Assembly: GCA_964188305.1 (NCBI GenBank)
Contig: OZ076886.1
Reading direction: 5' to 3' (one strand)
Source: Podarcis bocagei
Taxonomy: Eukaryota
DNA: 64,000 bases
A program made the position numbers and the translations under genes. Each line of letters opens with the position of its first letter. Within the stretch, counting starts at the first letter, position 1. A model generated the notes under the pieces. It did no database searches and had not been told where the DNA came from. It saw nothing but the letters and a program-made list of their open reading frames with translations. Shown here piece after piece: positions 50,957 through 63,861 of this stretch.

Positions 50957-51127
50957 CTCAATGAGAGAGCCCTCGGACTGTAGAATACGGATAAGCATTA
51001 CAAGCGGGATGCAGACCATAGAAGAGAGGGCAAGAATCCACCCCAGGCCAATGGCCCACTGAGGATATATGTACACCTTGTTGTAGGTCAGTGGTGTATA
51101 CTTGGCCAGAGAAAAGATAAAGCACCC
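50957..51127 (-). CDS. SLC6A6: SLC6A6 exon, TM11-TM12 ([57 protein letters not shown])
   Basis: cag|...|gtaagt, 171 bp. Confidence 0.97.
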
Positions 51128-51559
51128 CTGCATTAGGAAAAGAAACAAAACAAAACAGACAGGTTGAAGATTTGTTGGAAGAACTGTATGCACCTTTCTG
51201 CTACTGACACTAGTAGCTGCATGGATTTACAGTATCCAATGAATGTACAGTCTACAGAAAAAACACGAGCTTGACAACAGATAAGCTTGACAAAAGTTGA
51301 GTTTCTGCTTTAGTTTTGCAGTTGTTATTTGCTTTCATGCCTAACTCTGCACATGCCTAAGTGTGTGTTTACAAGAAGCTGTGGAGTGGGAGAAAATGAC
51401 GTTTTAAAAGCTTTCTCCACTTCTTTTTTGGAACTTGAGATTCAGAAAACAACATCTACCTCATTCCTTCCTTTCCATTAAGTACACCCCCTTAGCGCTT
51501 CCTCTGCCCCTGGAATCACACTGCTAGAGATTATGGTAATAATTGGTAATAGCAGGGGT

Positions 51560-52033
51560 TGTTGTTGTTTAGTCGTTTAGTCGTGTCCGACTCTTCGTGA
51601 CCCCATGGACCAGAGCACGCCAGGCACTCCTGTCTTCCACTGCCTCCCGCAGCTTGGTCAGACTCATGTTTGTAGCTTCGAGAACACTGTCCAACCATCT
51701 CGTCCTCTGTCGTCCCCTTCTCCTTGTGCCCTCAATCTTTCCCAACATCAGGGTCTTTTCCAGGGAGTCTTCTTTTCTCATGAGGTGGCCAAAGTATTGG
51801 AGCCTCAGCTTCACGATCTGTCCTTCCAGTGAGCACTCAGGGCTAATTTCCTTAGGAATGGATGCGTTTGATCTTCTTGCAGTCCATGGGACTCTCAAGA
51901 GTCTCCTCCAGCACCATAATTCAAAAGCATCAATTCTTCGGCGATCAGCCTTCTTTATGGTCCAGCTCTCACTTCCATACATTACTACTGGGAAAACCAT
52001 GGCTTTAACTATACGGACCTTTGTTGGCAAGGT
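51560..52033 (-). mobile_element. BovB (RTE clade) LINE 3' fragment
   Basis: Open frame TKVRIVKAMVFPVVMYGSESWTIKKADRRRIDAFELWCWRRLLRVPW...HGVTKSRTRLND*, (CAA)n tail, 8-bp TSD GCAGGGGT at 51552-51559 and 52034-52041. Confidence 0.95.
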
Positions 52034-53547
52034 GCAGGGGTAGGGGATGCCAAATTTGTTCTGCATCCTTTCCCCATTCAGTAAGTGTTGTTTTGTTGTA
52101 TATTTTGTGCAACCAAAAGTGAAAAAGTGTAGCATGCTGCACACCAGGAGCAGCTGATGGGGTGCACACCAAGCCTTCTGGCAGCTGTGTTATGATGGGG
52201 TGGGGGAAAGAGGTGACAGGGAAATAAGCCCCATGTACAGACACACCACTGGGAGTGCTGGTTACTCCTGTGCTGCACTACTATACACCAAAAAGAACAA
52301 GACGGCTTTGATGTATTCATCATAGCACTGCCCTACTTCTTTTCACTTGACATGAATGCTTCCACCTTTTAGGCTTTGTGCAATATGCAGTGCAATCTTG
52401 TTCATGTTTACTCAGAAGCAGATCTTGCTGTGCTCAGTGGGGCTTTCTTCTTGGTAAGCCTGCAGAGTAAGCCATCTCAAAATACTAGTATTATAGAGCC
52501 ACTTCTCTCTCACGCTTTCTGTGTGCTAAAGTATATAAAGTTTAACTGAAATAGCTTGAGGAACCATCTAATGGCAACGGCCCATCACATTCCAATGCCT
52601 TCAAACAATGCTTGATTACTGTTCTGCTTACTGCATGTTTATTTATAGAATTTATAGCCTGCCTTTTGCTGCAAACGCCCTCAAGGCAGCTTACAAAACT
52701 GAAAGCAGCAAAAATGCAGCTCCACGCAGCCACCAGTAAGATAAAAACCCCTCCACAGGCCACTTGGACAGCTGAGTAGTACAGTCAGGTGACTGGAAGT
52801 TCAAGTAGGGACTGCAAAAAGAGGCACTAGAAGCACACTCTAAGGGCGTCCATGCTTCTTTTTTCACAGCTCCAGCTTCAGCTTTCACGTTCTGAATTCA
52901 AGCAGTGGCTGCAAAAGAAGATTCAGGAGTGTGCTTAGGAGTGCACTCCTTATTCTTCCTTTGCAATAGGATGGACTTTGCCTAGAGAAAAAAAGGTAAT
53001 TAATAGAGTGCCAGGCAAACAGGCACATAGCTTGGGGGTGCTTCTGGGTTCATTGTTGTTGCTTGAGGCTCAGGCAGCTTCAGTGGCAGGGGGTGCCTTC
53101 CACCCTGTGATCCTCAGATGAAGGGCAGTACAGAAATTATTATTATTAATGATGATGGTGATGATGTGTGGGATGAAAATTTCATCATTTGGGCACCCTA
53201 TGAATACATTAAAAGCCACTTCTGTTAGCTGCAGCAGAGTGGTCCACAGGAAGGCCTCTGAAAAAGATCTTAATTGGTATGCAGTTTCACGTGGGAGAAA
53301 AATGGTCTTCTAGGTTCCCCAACTGATGGCTTTACATGCAAAAGTCCAGCAGTTTTATGTGGCCATGGAAAAAAATGGAATGCCAATGGAGATGTTTTAA
53401 CATGGGAGCAATTCCTTTACACATTATACACTTTAACTCTGTATTCATGAAGCTACTGTTGGAGAAGATGAGGAGTAAAATAATAAAGCAACAAAGTTTA
53501 CTACAAATGCAAAACCATGCTTTAGCCAAGCTGTTTCAAGCACTCAC

Positions 53548-53648
53548 CACACAGAGAACTGGTGTGATTATAATCCAGCTCCACTTCATCCAGGGACCGG
53601 GCCTGTAACCAATCATATCTTCAATGGCATCGTAAAAATTATCAGCGC
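53548..53648 (-). CDS. SLC6A6: SLC6A6 exon ([33 protein letters not shown])
   Basis: tag|...|gtgagt, 101 bp, in phase. Confidence 0.96.
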
Positions 53649-55274
53649 CTAGAGTTCGACAAAAGGGAAAGGGAATGTTACTGGCCTGGATGAGACGCCT
53701 GCTTTGGCTCTAACCTCATAATGGGAGCTATGCCACTTTTTAAAATTCTTTTTTATTAAATGCAAAATCAAGTGTAGAACAAAACCATCACAGAAAACAG
53801 GTACCAAGGGGGGGCAGAGATACCAGTAATACATTTCAAACCTTTATTAGAATAGAAATTATAACAAGTTTCTAAAAATATCAACATGAATATCCTTAAT
53901 TTCCAGGGGGATGAGCTGCAAATCCAGCAAACCATAGTTTTATTGTATTATCCACAGCCATTTATAGACTGGGAGGGATAGGACTAGGGAGACAGGCTAT
54001 GTTTAACATAAACACTAACATCATACCAAACAGAAAGAAATTTGTTCTTTTTTGACCTCAGTAGGGCTGATTCCCACACTTATGTGCACCAGAGTTTTGA
54101 AATAAAAAGTGTGTTTTCAAGAAGCCTGAAAAGAGTGCTGAAAAACCCACACCTTCTATCTTACACTTTCTTTGTGCCTGTTAAAACAGTGATTCTTCCC
54201 CAGTCTGCTACTGGTCCAGGAATTTTTTTGCAGCTTTAAAAGTTAAACTTATGATTTCTCCTTCACAATGGGATGCAACTAAAAAGACACCACATTGTAA
54301 AAGTGATGGCAAGCCAGACCCATTCAGAGTTGGCTATGTAGTGCCGAAGGCAACAGAAGTTGCACCGCCTTCCCTCTGCAGTTCCAGACCACTTCTAATT
54401 GTGTCAGCACAGGCAACATCTGCGCTCAGATGAACATGCAAAGTATATCTGGGCAGATGCTCCCTGTTGTGATGCACTGCAGCACTTTCATTGTCACACA
54501 GCAGCATAGCAAAAGGTAACACTGGTACAGTGGCCAAGCCCCATTAACTTTCTTCTCAATAAGCCCAGCCATGCCTTTTCAACTGCCCCCTGAAAATCTT
54601 GCTTTTGGAAAAGGGAGATACTTTTTGAAAGTTCCCCAAACCAACCACTGCATCCAGCTTGATTCAGCCAATGTCTCTCATACTGTAATGTGTATTATAG
54701 ACACTACATCATTTTTCAAGGCTGGGACTCAGGCTCACGTCCTAAGAAAGCCAATATGCTGTTTCAATTAGGAAAGTGATTCTTAGCTTCACATTCACCA
54801 ACTCTGTTCCCATATAGCAGGGACGTCCCAACTCCCAATAGACTGCGATCTCCTCACAGTATAAAAAAAACTGGCAGTGATCTACCCATTGTCATTGGAT
54901 GGGCCAAAAGTTGTTGAGCTTTTTTTGGGAAAGGCAAAGTTGTTGAGCTTTTTTTTTGGGGGGAGGATATCTCTGAGGGGCCAAAGATCTATGAGTAACA
55001 CCCCACGATCTTCCAGTAGATCACAATCTACCTGTTGGACATGCCTGTCATATAGCAACCTTTTTTCACCCTATCAAGGACTGCATCTCAGGAAGCAAAG
55101 TAAGAAAAATTATATTTGTCACTTAGACCCCTATTTTAGCTCGACCCCTATTTCAGCTCTGCCTCCCTCACAATCCCAACTCCTGGGCTCCAGCGGCCTA
55201 ATCTTCCAAGACCCTGCAACGTTTAGTTGTTCCTGTAGGAAAAATACCAGACCAGATATTTACAACTTACTCAC

Positions 55275-55377
55275 CATAAACCCAGGCTACAGCAATGCAT
55301 TCAAAGAATGCAACCCACAAAAGGCATACACCACTAGCTGCATAGTAGTCAAAGAGTTGAAACACATACATGCCACC
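55275..55377 (-). CDS. SLC6A6: SLC6A6 exon, TM10 ([34 protein letters not shown])
   Basis: cag|...|gtgagt, 103 bp. Confidence 0.97.
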
Positions 55378-55904
55378 CTGAAAAAGAGCAAGAGAGAAAA
55401 AGAAACAAGTGCTATTAATAAACCACAAAGAAAACCTGTGGCAAGCAAGATGACCTTCATCCCTATCCTTCACATCTATGACTCACTCTGGAGAAGATTA
55501 CTCATCTGCAAATACAACTGTCAATCAACTGTTGGGGAGTTATAAGCACATGCTGTTGTCCTCCCCAGAACACGCACTTATTTCTTATATAGAAGGCATT
55601 TTTGAAATGGATTGTGATTGACCAAAATTAAGCCATTTAGCTTATTCTACTCCAACACTGAGCTATTTCCTTTCTAAAGGATAGTATTTTAGGATGGGCT
55701 CTCACAAGAAAAATATGGTGGGAGAAAACAATTGGTGTTCAACGGAAATTGCTATAACAAGACCAAAATATATGGAAGCAATGCTTACCAAGGAGCTTCC
55801 TCATATATGGGTTGACACTGCTTTTCCCTTAGCATGATATTTTCCTTTCATGCACTGTATTTTCCTCTGCTCCATTTTCTAGCACCTTCTATAAGGCTCT
55901 CTTG

Positions 55905-56129
55905 TAAAGGTAAAGGGACCCCTGACAGTTAAGTCCAGTCGTGGATGACTCTGGGGTTGCGGTGCTCACCTCGCTTTACTGGCCGAAGGAGCCGGCGTAC
56001 AGCTTCCGGGTCATGTGACCAGCATGACAAAGCCGCTTCTGGCAAACCAGAGCAGCGCACGGAAACGCCGTTTACCTTCCCGCCGGAGAAGTGCCTATTT
56101 ATCTCCTTGCACTTTGACGTGCTTTCGAA
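55905..56129 (-). mobile_element. 5'-truncated Sauria SINE
   Basis: Matches the 3' two-thirds of 11847-12191. Confidence 0.9.
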
Positions 56130-56735
56130 GCCCCAAATATAATGAGATAGGCTTCAACCTGCACCATTTCCCACATGTTTCACATCTATCTAGCTTTGTT
56201 TACTCCAGATCTACAGCACAACGGAGCACGCTATCTAGGTTCTTCTATAAGAATAAGCTTGGGGGAAATGCAGTGCTGGATAAAAGCAGCACTAATAATA
56301 CACAGGGCTAAAACTGGCATGGCCTTACATTGACACCACTGGAGAACTTAAGAGAAATGAAAGATTTGGATAAATCAGTTCTCAACTGTTCTTTCTGCTT
56401 TAAAAAACAATGACAGCAACAGAGTAACCGTTTTATAGAGCCAGGCTCCTCTCTTAGGTACCAAGGAATTTCCCCTATGCTCAGGCCAAACTATTTGTAT
56501 ATCCAGCCCAGTACTGTTAGCTCTGACTGCTACCAGCTCTCTGAAGTTCTCAGAAGGAAAAGCTCTCCCAATTTTATTTTAACTGGATATGCAGGAAATC
56601 AACCTGGCACCTTTTCACATGCAAAGCCTGTGCTCTGCCATTGTACTGTGATTGCTTCCCTCTTGCACTGTACTATTTGACTTCACAGAATGAAATCAAA
56701 ACCCAAGCAAACCCACACCAGCTCGTCTCACTTAC

Positions 56736-56873
56736 TTCAGTCACCATAGATAGTCCCAGAAGATAGCTGACGAAACATATTATAGCGATGAAGATTTCCC
56801 GTCGGTAACCCTTCCTTAGGAAGGATGGGTACAGATCAACTAATGACGTGATCTGTCCTTCAACTTCAACAAA
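56736..56873 (-). CDS. SLC6A6: SLC6A6 exon, TM8-TM9 ([46 protein letters not shown])
   Basis: cag|...|gtaagt, 138 bp; FVEVE carries the TauT-specific Glu (Cys or Gly in related GABA/creatine transporters). Confidence 0.97.
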
Positions 56874-58310
56874 CTGGCAGAGAAGGAAAGAAAAAAGAAC
56901 CCTGAACAACTGCCATGAATGTGTTCCATTCTTTCATAAAAGGCATCCCTTGGAAACAGTGCTGGCACTCTCCCTGGAGAAGCTGAATCCATTTACTTGC
57001 TTAACCTTTCAACAAGTCAAGGTTACAGCCTGTGAGTGGTGTCCAGCTGGGGTTTTGCACTTAGAATGTCCTCCTCCCAAGTATTTAAAAATAAGTCCCT
57101 GTCTTCTTCTTTCAGTTTATTATGCATGGGGATAAAAGCAATTTTCTTTACACACATAACATATCATATTTGTTTCTGCTAACGAGCAACAGCTGCACTA
57201 GTACTGTGCACTGTAAAGCTAACTCACAAGCTAATGTATTAAAATCTTTCTTTAACCCAGGGCCTTAAAATACAGTACACTTCCAGAAGTTTTTTTTTCT
57301 TCTGTTGCAATACAACTATAGTCTAGCTTGCTCCTAAGCTATTCTAGCATTCCAAAATCCTGCCTGACAGCCCTCCAAAAGCAAACAAAACATTAAGTGC
57401 TCCAATTAGTTTTAATTATTCGACACAGTGAGAAATGACTTAAAATTACTAGGCAACCCTCAATTTACATAAGTACTTGGTTGCAGAACCACAGCACCAA
57501 GCATGTTTTAACATTCAATTTGGAAGTGATTAAAAGTCACTCACTGGAGTTCAAAGATTAAGCACTAAAGAGCCATTTAGAACAAATGGAATGCTTTGCC
57601 AATTTAAGAGATCAAGTGAGTAACAGCCAGAGGGAAAACTCCACTAATCGCTGCTCATATGAGAGGTTTTGAATTCAGTAAACTTTCTGCCCCTGTCAAG
57701 TAGATTTATTTAATGTTAAAGCTACTTTCCCAAGGAATAAATAGAACCTTGTTAGTTTAAATTCTTAAACCAACTCAATGAAATACCCCCTAAATCCCTG
57801 GTACATCTGTGCAACTAGCAATAGCCTACAAATTATTAACAGATTTATTTGCGTCATATAAATAGGTCTCTTTAGGGAGGCGGGGCAGCTGTCCATTTCC
57901 TCAAGGAATAACACCACCACCAATGTGTACTGCACATTTAGTCTAACTGTTTTAAAAGAGAGCTTATCCATGGTTTCAGTTTTCAAGGGTGCTGAACTGT
58001 AAGAGACCTTATGAAAGGCAGGACATGTAAGGGTACTCAACCCCACATCCCAAGGATGGCTTTGTCCCTTTCTGATTTAGCTGAAAACTTCCTGAATAAC
58101 TTAATTAGCCACTTCATACACTTCAAAACAGTGCATAGGCTAACACTGATTAACAGCTGTTATCCTTTCTCTGCTAGAGAATGAAGCAATCCATTTCTGC
58201 AACATTTATGATGCATTTGCCCCAGAGCAGAAAATGCAACAAACCCAATTACATTGTTAAATTTTCCATCATACAGTATGGATGCTGTGTTTGTTGCTAT
58301 GGTTACTCAC

Positions 58311-58423
58311 CTGGCTGTCCAGGCCAAGCAACAGAAGCATAATAAAAAAAAGAATAGCCCAAAAAGTTGGGAGTGGCATCATGGACACAGCTTTCGGATA
58401 CGCAATAAAGGCCAGGCCTGGAC
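58311..58423 (-). CDS. SLC6A6: SLC6A6 exon, EL4-TM8 ([37 protein letters not shown])
   Basis: tag|...cag|gtgagt, 113 bp, starts in phase 1. Confidence 0.97.
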
Positions 58424-61400
58424 CTAAAGGAATAAAGGGAGAGAAAGAGGAGAAGATATAATAAGTAGCTCATTCTCAAAGGCAAGACCCCCTCTGCCTC
58501 TCCAGAACAGATGCTTGATTTGATTCAGATAAACCAAAACCCAACTGAAGATTCCAGAAGGGAATTCACTTGGATCCTTTATCTGACAAAGAAGCATGCA
58601 TTGCTAGAACAGGAACTCCAATGATCAAATTTAAAAGCCATTATTTATCCACTTTCAGTCTCAGCATCTGCCTCAACATGCCAAGAATAGGTCAAACTCT
58701 ACACGCATCATGCAGAAAGTGAATAAGATAGAAGGTGAGCAGCTGGGCTTATGGTGTAAATGAGACATAGTTATAGAATGACCGGTTCCTGTGCTCCTTT
58801 ACGAACAGAGGAGGGGGGAAATGCCATACATGTTCTCTTTGCAACCCCCAGCCCCTCCTTGGACAAATAAAACCAACAAAATATCCTTCAAGGGTTTGGG
58901 ATTTGTGCTCCACAGGCCAGATTTGGAGCTGTTGTACCCCTCCACAGTTCTATCAATGCCAACAAAAAGCATTTCTATACCACAACAAATGAAGTGGAAA
59001 AACTGACTTGACTATCTAAATAATCAATCCTCCGTCCCTTCCTCTGAAGGGGTTGGTAGCTGCATTGTGCTAATGGCTTACCCAAATCAATTTGCTGCTA
59101 TCAGTAGGCAGTATTCTTTTAAGATACAAAGCAATAGCTGCTGTTTTTTCATTCTGAAAACCTGCTGGCTGAAATAAGGCCAATGTCCCTCAACTAGTAT
59201 TGTTAATAATCATTGGTAGATTATTCCATATTTGCACTGTGGATGAGCCACTCGAAGCCAAAACCAAGCTCATTTCCATGGCACGTGACAGTCATGCACT
59301 ACAATGAGATGAGCTTTCAGTTTATATTGGTGACACTTATTCAGGTGCAATAAAGAATCATATAGGGATGAAAAAGCCAAAAAGCGCTATTGTTTATGTT
59401 TAACGTATTTGGGTAGTTTTAAAGATGACTGAAAATATTACATCAACACTTTTCATACAAGCTTTTGTTTAAAGAAAATACACTGGCATTCCAGTTTATA
59501 GCTCTACTTTGTTTTTCTTCTTTTATCTGTTACAAAGTACAGCAGAAGAATTCTCTCCACAGATTAGTCCTTGTCACTCACCACTGAATGCCTCTGCTAC
59601 CTTCCATTTTCCATGCCATTAAACTGAATGGAAAGGCAGATCGGTGCAGCAAAATGAAAAAATGCTGGCACCCCAATCCTGAATCTATGGTCTTCACCTC
59701 AGAAAAGTTAGTTGAGCATGACTCACCAAAATAAATGAGATTTAAGTTAGACGTGCCCTTGATTTCAATGGAAATTAAGTGCAGCCACTTATCTCTGAAT
59801 TGGTGGCATTGGGGCAAATGCATATTTAAGGTTATGCTCATGACAAGCATCTCTTGCTGGGTAAGGAACAAAATGTACAAATGGGTCTTATCCACATTAT
59901 TCCCTCTTGTGAACCAACTGCTGGGACTGAATACATTATTTTAAAAAAATAAAAATTGCATCAGTCAGTTATTTAGGAAGGGAAATAGAACTGAATCCAG
60001 TTCCTCCACTTCCCCTTGAAAATACTTTAGCTTTTTTAAAAGAAAAAAGGGGGGGAGACTATGCTCACCTCAAGCTGTTCTATGAATACAGAGCTAAAAA
60101 GTACTGGCTTCATGGGCTCATCTCTGCAGTTGCTTATCTGCTCATAAAGTTACTTAGGCTGATCTCCTACCCACATGTACTTGGAAGTAAGTCCAACTGA
60201 ACTAAGTGGGTCTAAGTTAACATCAGCCTTAGCCACTTTTTCATTTTAAAAAGTGCTGTGTAAGACTAAGGCATCAAACATTTAGATCTGATGGCTACAA
60301 TCTTTCAACAGACTGACAAGCACATGCTTACTCAGAAGAAATAAAACCTGCTGTGTTCAGTGTGGTTTGCTCTCAGATATGTGTGCATAGGATTGCAGCC
60401 TTAAGCAAGCTTAAGCTAATTGAAATCAACATGGTTAAGCTCTGCATTGGGATGTTAACAGCCATTCCCAGCTCCCTCATTTTCCTGCCTGCCTTGAAGA
60501 ACTAGCCTTGTTTGTTAAATAAAGAAAAATAAAATTTGAGGGAATATACCAGTCTTCACTGGCATTCCTCACCACTATTAAAATGGCACTATAGGAAGAA
60601 AAAACGATCTGTTTGACAATATGGCACGGCAAAATCACAGTACAAGTTTTCCCCACAGCACCCAAATGGGTGACCTTTGTCTGCTGCCTGAGGTGTGCAT
60701 TATTATTAGGGTAGTCACAGCCTTTTAACGGCTTTACATCCAATGCCGATGCACATTTCTTGCCTTTTCAAGCTGTTTTGAACCTCGCCAAACCTGCACT
60801 CTCAGAGAAAAATAAAATGTGTATAATGGATATGACCAGCAGAAACCTCTGGGGTTCTACAATACCCTTTTTACTAGCTAGTTGCAGAAATTGCTGCCAG
60901 CCAGTCTAAGTGCTATCGTTTTAAGTAAGTTCACATAGACTACAATAAAAAGAGCATTTGGTCTAGCACGTCTGGGCTTCGAAGGCATAGTTAATTTGAG
61001 TTGCTGTGCTTCCTCAGGTTTTACAAGGCAAGTCCAGAAAAGTATGAATGCTTTGTTCGAAAGTAAATGAGATAAGGACATATTGTTCTTTTAATGCACA
61101 TGTATCCCAGGGAAATATGTGTAGGAATCAATCCACTGTTTCCTGTATATGGAAGTGCTCTATGCACGAATGTAAAATATGTTGGGAGGGCAGGAAGGGT
61201 GCAAAAAGGGGGGCTCCTCTTTTTCTAGTTTCTATACAGCCTTGTCATGGAAAACAATGGCCCTTCACTAAAATATACATGGTGCAATAAAACTCAAGGC
61301 ATACCCTAGCACAGCTATAATCTCTTGAGGTCACTTGCTGTGGGTCTATGGAGCTTTCGGCGATCATATCTATTAGGAATTTGATTGAAGCAAATGGAGA

Positions 61401-61696
61401 GCGACCACAGAGGTTCATATATTTATAAACTGTTTGCATCTTGCATATTTTTGACTCTGTTCTGGGCATTTCTTTTAAACTCAATTCCATTTTATGTTTC
61501 TGCATGTTTTCAATTTGTTTCGAACTGTCACACCCATTGAAATAAAGTAAGCCTTTGTCTCCTGAAATGCTGAGTAATTTTACTTTTCAAAATATCTCCT
61601 TTTGGGGGGAGGGGGGAGGGGCGGTTGATTTGGTTTGTATTACTTTGCTCACACACTGGGTGGCAGTGCCCACCATCACTGCCACCGACACCATCG

Positions 61697-61828
61697 NNNN
61701 NNNNNNNNNNNNNNNNNNNNNNNNNNNNNNNNNNNNNNNNNNNNNNNNNNNNNNNNNNNNNNNNNNNNNNNNNNNNNNNNNNNNNNNNNNNNNNNNNNNN
61801 NNNNNNNNNNNNNNNNNNNNNNNNNNNN
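61697..61828. other. 132-N gap, probably containing the SLC6A6 TM7 exon
   Basis: The N run is seen directly. Its content is inferred from the missing exon, the phase mismatch and the size fit. Confidence 0.8.
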
Positions 61829-61936
61829 GTCACACATATGTCATGGAGGAAGTTAATTGGAGAAAAAAATTGAACCCATGGTTCCCTACACATCAATTAG
61901 CTAACATGTACTAAACCCCTTTGGTAGGAAACTTGC

Positions 61937-62040
61937 CTATAGCAGTTGTATTTGTATTTATTGTAGCTCCCCAAGGAAGTCATTGCACCTAAGCAGATTG
62001 CATAGGAGAAGAAGATTTGCGTCCCAGCATCTATCCAGAC
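61937..62040 (-). CDS. SLC6A6: SLC6A6 exon, TM6 ([34 protein letters not shown]); GC donor
   Basis: tag| acceptor, 104 bp, AG|GCAAGT donor. Confidence 0.96.
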
Positions 62041-63726
62041 CTAAAGAAAACATGAAAAGGCCCATTAGAAGGCTGCATTTTGCACCAGCACCGGCCATTT
62101 ATCTAAAGCTAATACAGACTATGCAACCCCCACAATGTGACAACAATAGACGTCTCTTTAAAATAATCCGCTCATAAATGCTAGCCATTGAATGCACCTA
62201 CACTGTTCAATACCATATCACAACATTTTGGCATAAAAGTGAATAAAACCGCAATCAGTTCTTTTAAACAAAAACAACAGAGCATTACATATATACAGTC
62301 CCAGTTTTGAGCATCACCCGTTGTAGATCCCAGCAGACTAATATACACACAAGATACATTTCAAGATCAGTTCAGTGGTTTAAGGATCCCAGGCTTTTTG
62401 GTGGATAGCACTATGCTCCCTCCCAATACCTCTTAGGGTTTTTCTTGCTGTGGCCAATTATGTCTTCCAGTGCGCTCTGCTTAGGCCAGTGGTAGGGAAC
62501 CTCACCAGACGGTTAAGGGCAAAACACTGCCCTCCAGCCCTCTCTCCCTAGAACTCTCTCAAGGCCATACCCTCCACCAGCACTATTTCAGATCCCCCTT
62601 AAGGGTTTTCCCTTTGTTGGAATATGTCTTTGAACTATGACAATGCCTCTTGGTTTCCTGGACAGAGGATAGCAAGGGCTGTGTGTAGAAATGAGTCCCA
62701 CTGTAGAAAGGTAAAAATTGCATTTGTTGCTTCACCCACTTTTGCAACTGTCCCCTCCCACTGCTGGCACGTGTCCCCTGCCCCACAGCAGGCTGCCCAG
62801 GTGGGAATGTGACCCTTGTCCTGAAAGGGGTTCCCCAGCCCTGGCTTAGGCTAACAGAGAAGAGTTTAATGAATCAGAACAGGAAAGAAGCAGCAACCTC
62901 TCACATAGCTGCTATAAATGGTGTTCCAGATGGATTGTACTCAGTGGCATTTTCATCCGGCTTGTATCATAAGTTGCTTTTCATTCACTGCTCGTATCAC
63001 AATATTACCATAGTCTTATGTGCATTCCCCACCCCCACCCCACCCTACTTTAACAGTTTTGCATTTCCCCATTGCTATGGGGTAGAGCTTGTGGCTGACC
63101 AGATCATAAAATAAACTGTCACATAATTTGTAAGCAGTTGAAGATGGAGCAAAAAAGAAAAGAAAGTGCTATACTCCTGCGCTTTACTAAGGGGGCTATC
63201 TTCCAAACATTTGCATAGAAGCAAGTTTCTACAAAGAACGTGAAAGGTATTCAGCATTTCCCATTTTATTTCACTGTCCTTAACTGCCTTCCCCCAAGGG
63301 CGTCCATATGACACGGACATTTGCAAATACTCACAAGTGCTCCTTACCGTTCTGTTCGCTGCTCCATAATTTTGCTGCCTTTAAGAGCTAAAGACTGAAG
63401 CAAAAATTATCTCCCTTACCTTGTCCACAGCCTAATATCAACAAAAAAGCTGAGATGCTATATTTGGACAGAGTCTACAAGCCTCAGAATCCTTCTGATA
63501 TAAAAAGATATACACACATGGAAAATGCATTAACACATTAACAATAATAACCTTTTTGACAAGATACGGTGGAAAGGAATAACACCATGGAGGTAATCTT
63601 CAATTAGGTTTTGACGGCTTCAAGATTACAAGAAAAACTACTGCACAATCATCCCACTGCCCTCCTCACATTTTGTTTAGAGCATAGAAAGAAAAGTATC
63701 ACAACTTCCAGTTTTTAGTAACCCAC

Positions 63727-63861
63727 CTGTGGATCTGCTAGCCGAGAGATGTCAGGGTAAAGATAAAACTTGATGCCCGTTGAAGCTCCAGGTAAAGTGA
63801 CACCACGGATTAACAGTACAAGAAGCATGATGAATGGGAATGTTGCTGTTATGTACACAAC
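63727..63861 (-). CDS. SLC6A6: SLC6A6 exon, TM5 ([45 protein letters not shown])
   Basis: cag|...cag|gtgggt, 135 bp. Upstream exons lie beyond the window. Confidence 0.97.

Noticed and set aside
54877-55545. Longest supplied ORF (222 aa, + strand)
   Set aside because: Non-ATG start, antisense to an SLC6A6 exon, no recognisable domain.
58424-61936. SLC6A6 pseudogenisation by exon loss
   Set aside because: All visible exons are intact, and the N run accounts for the missing exon.
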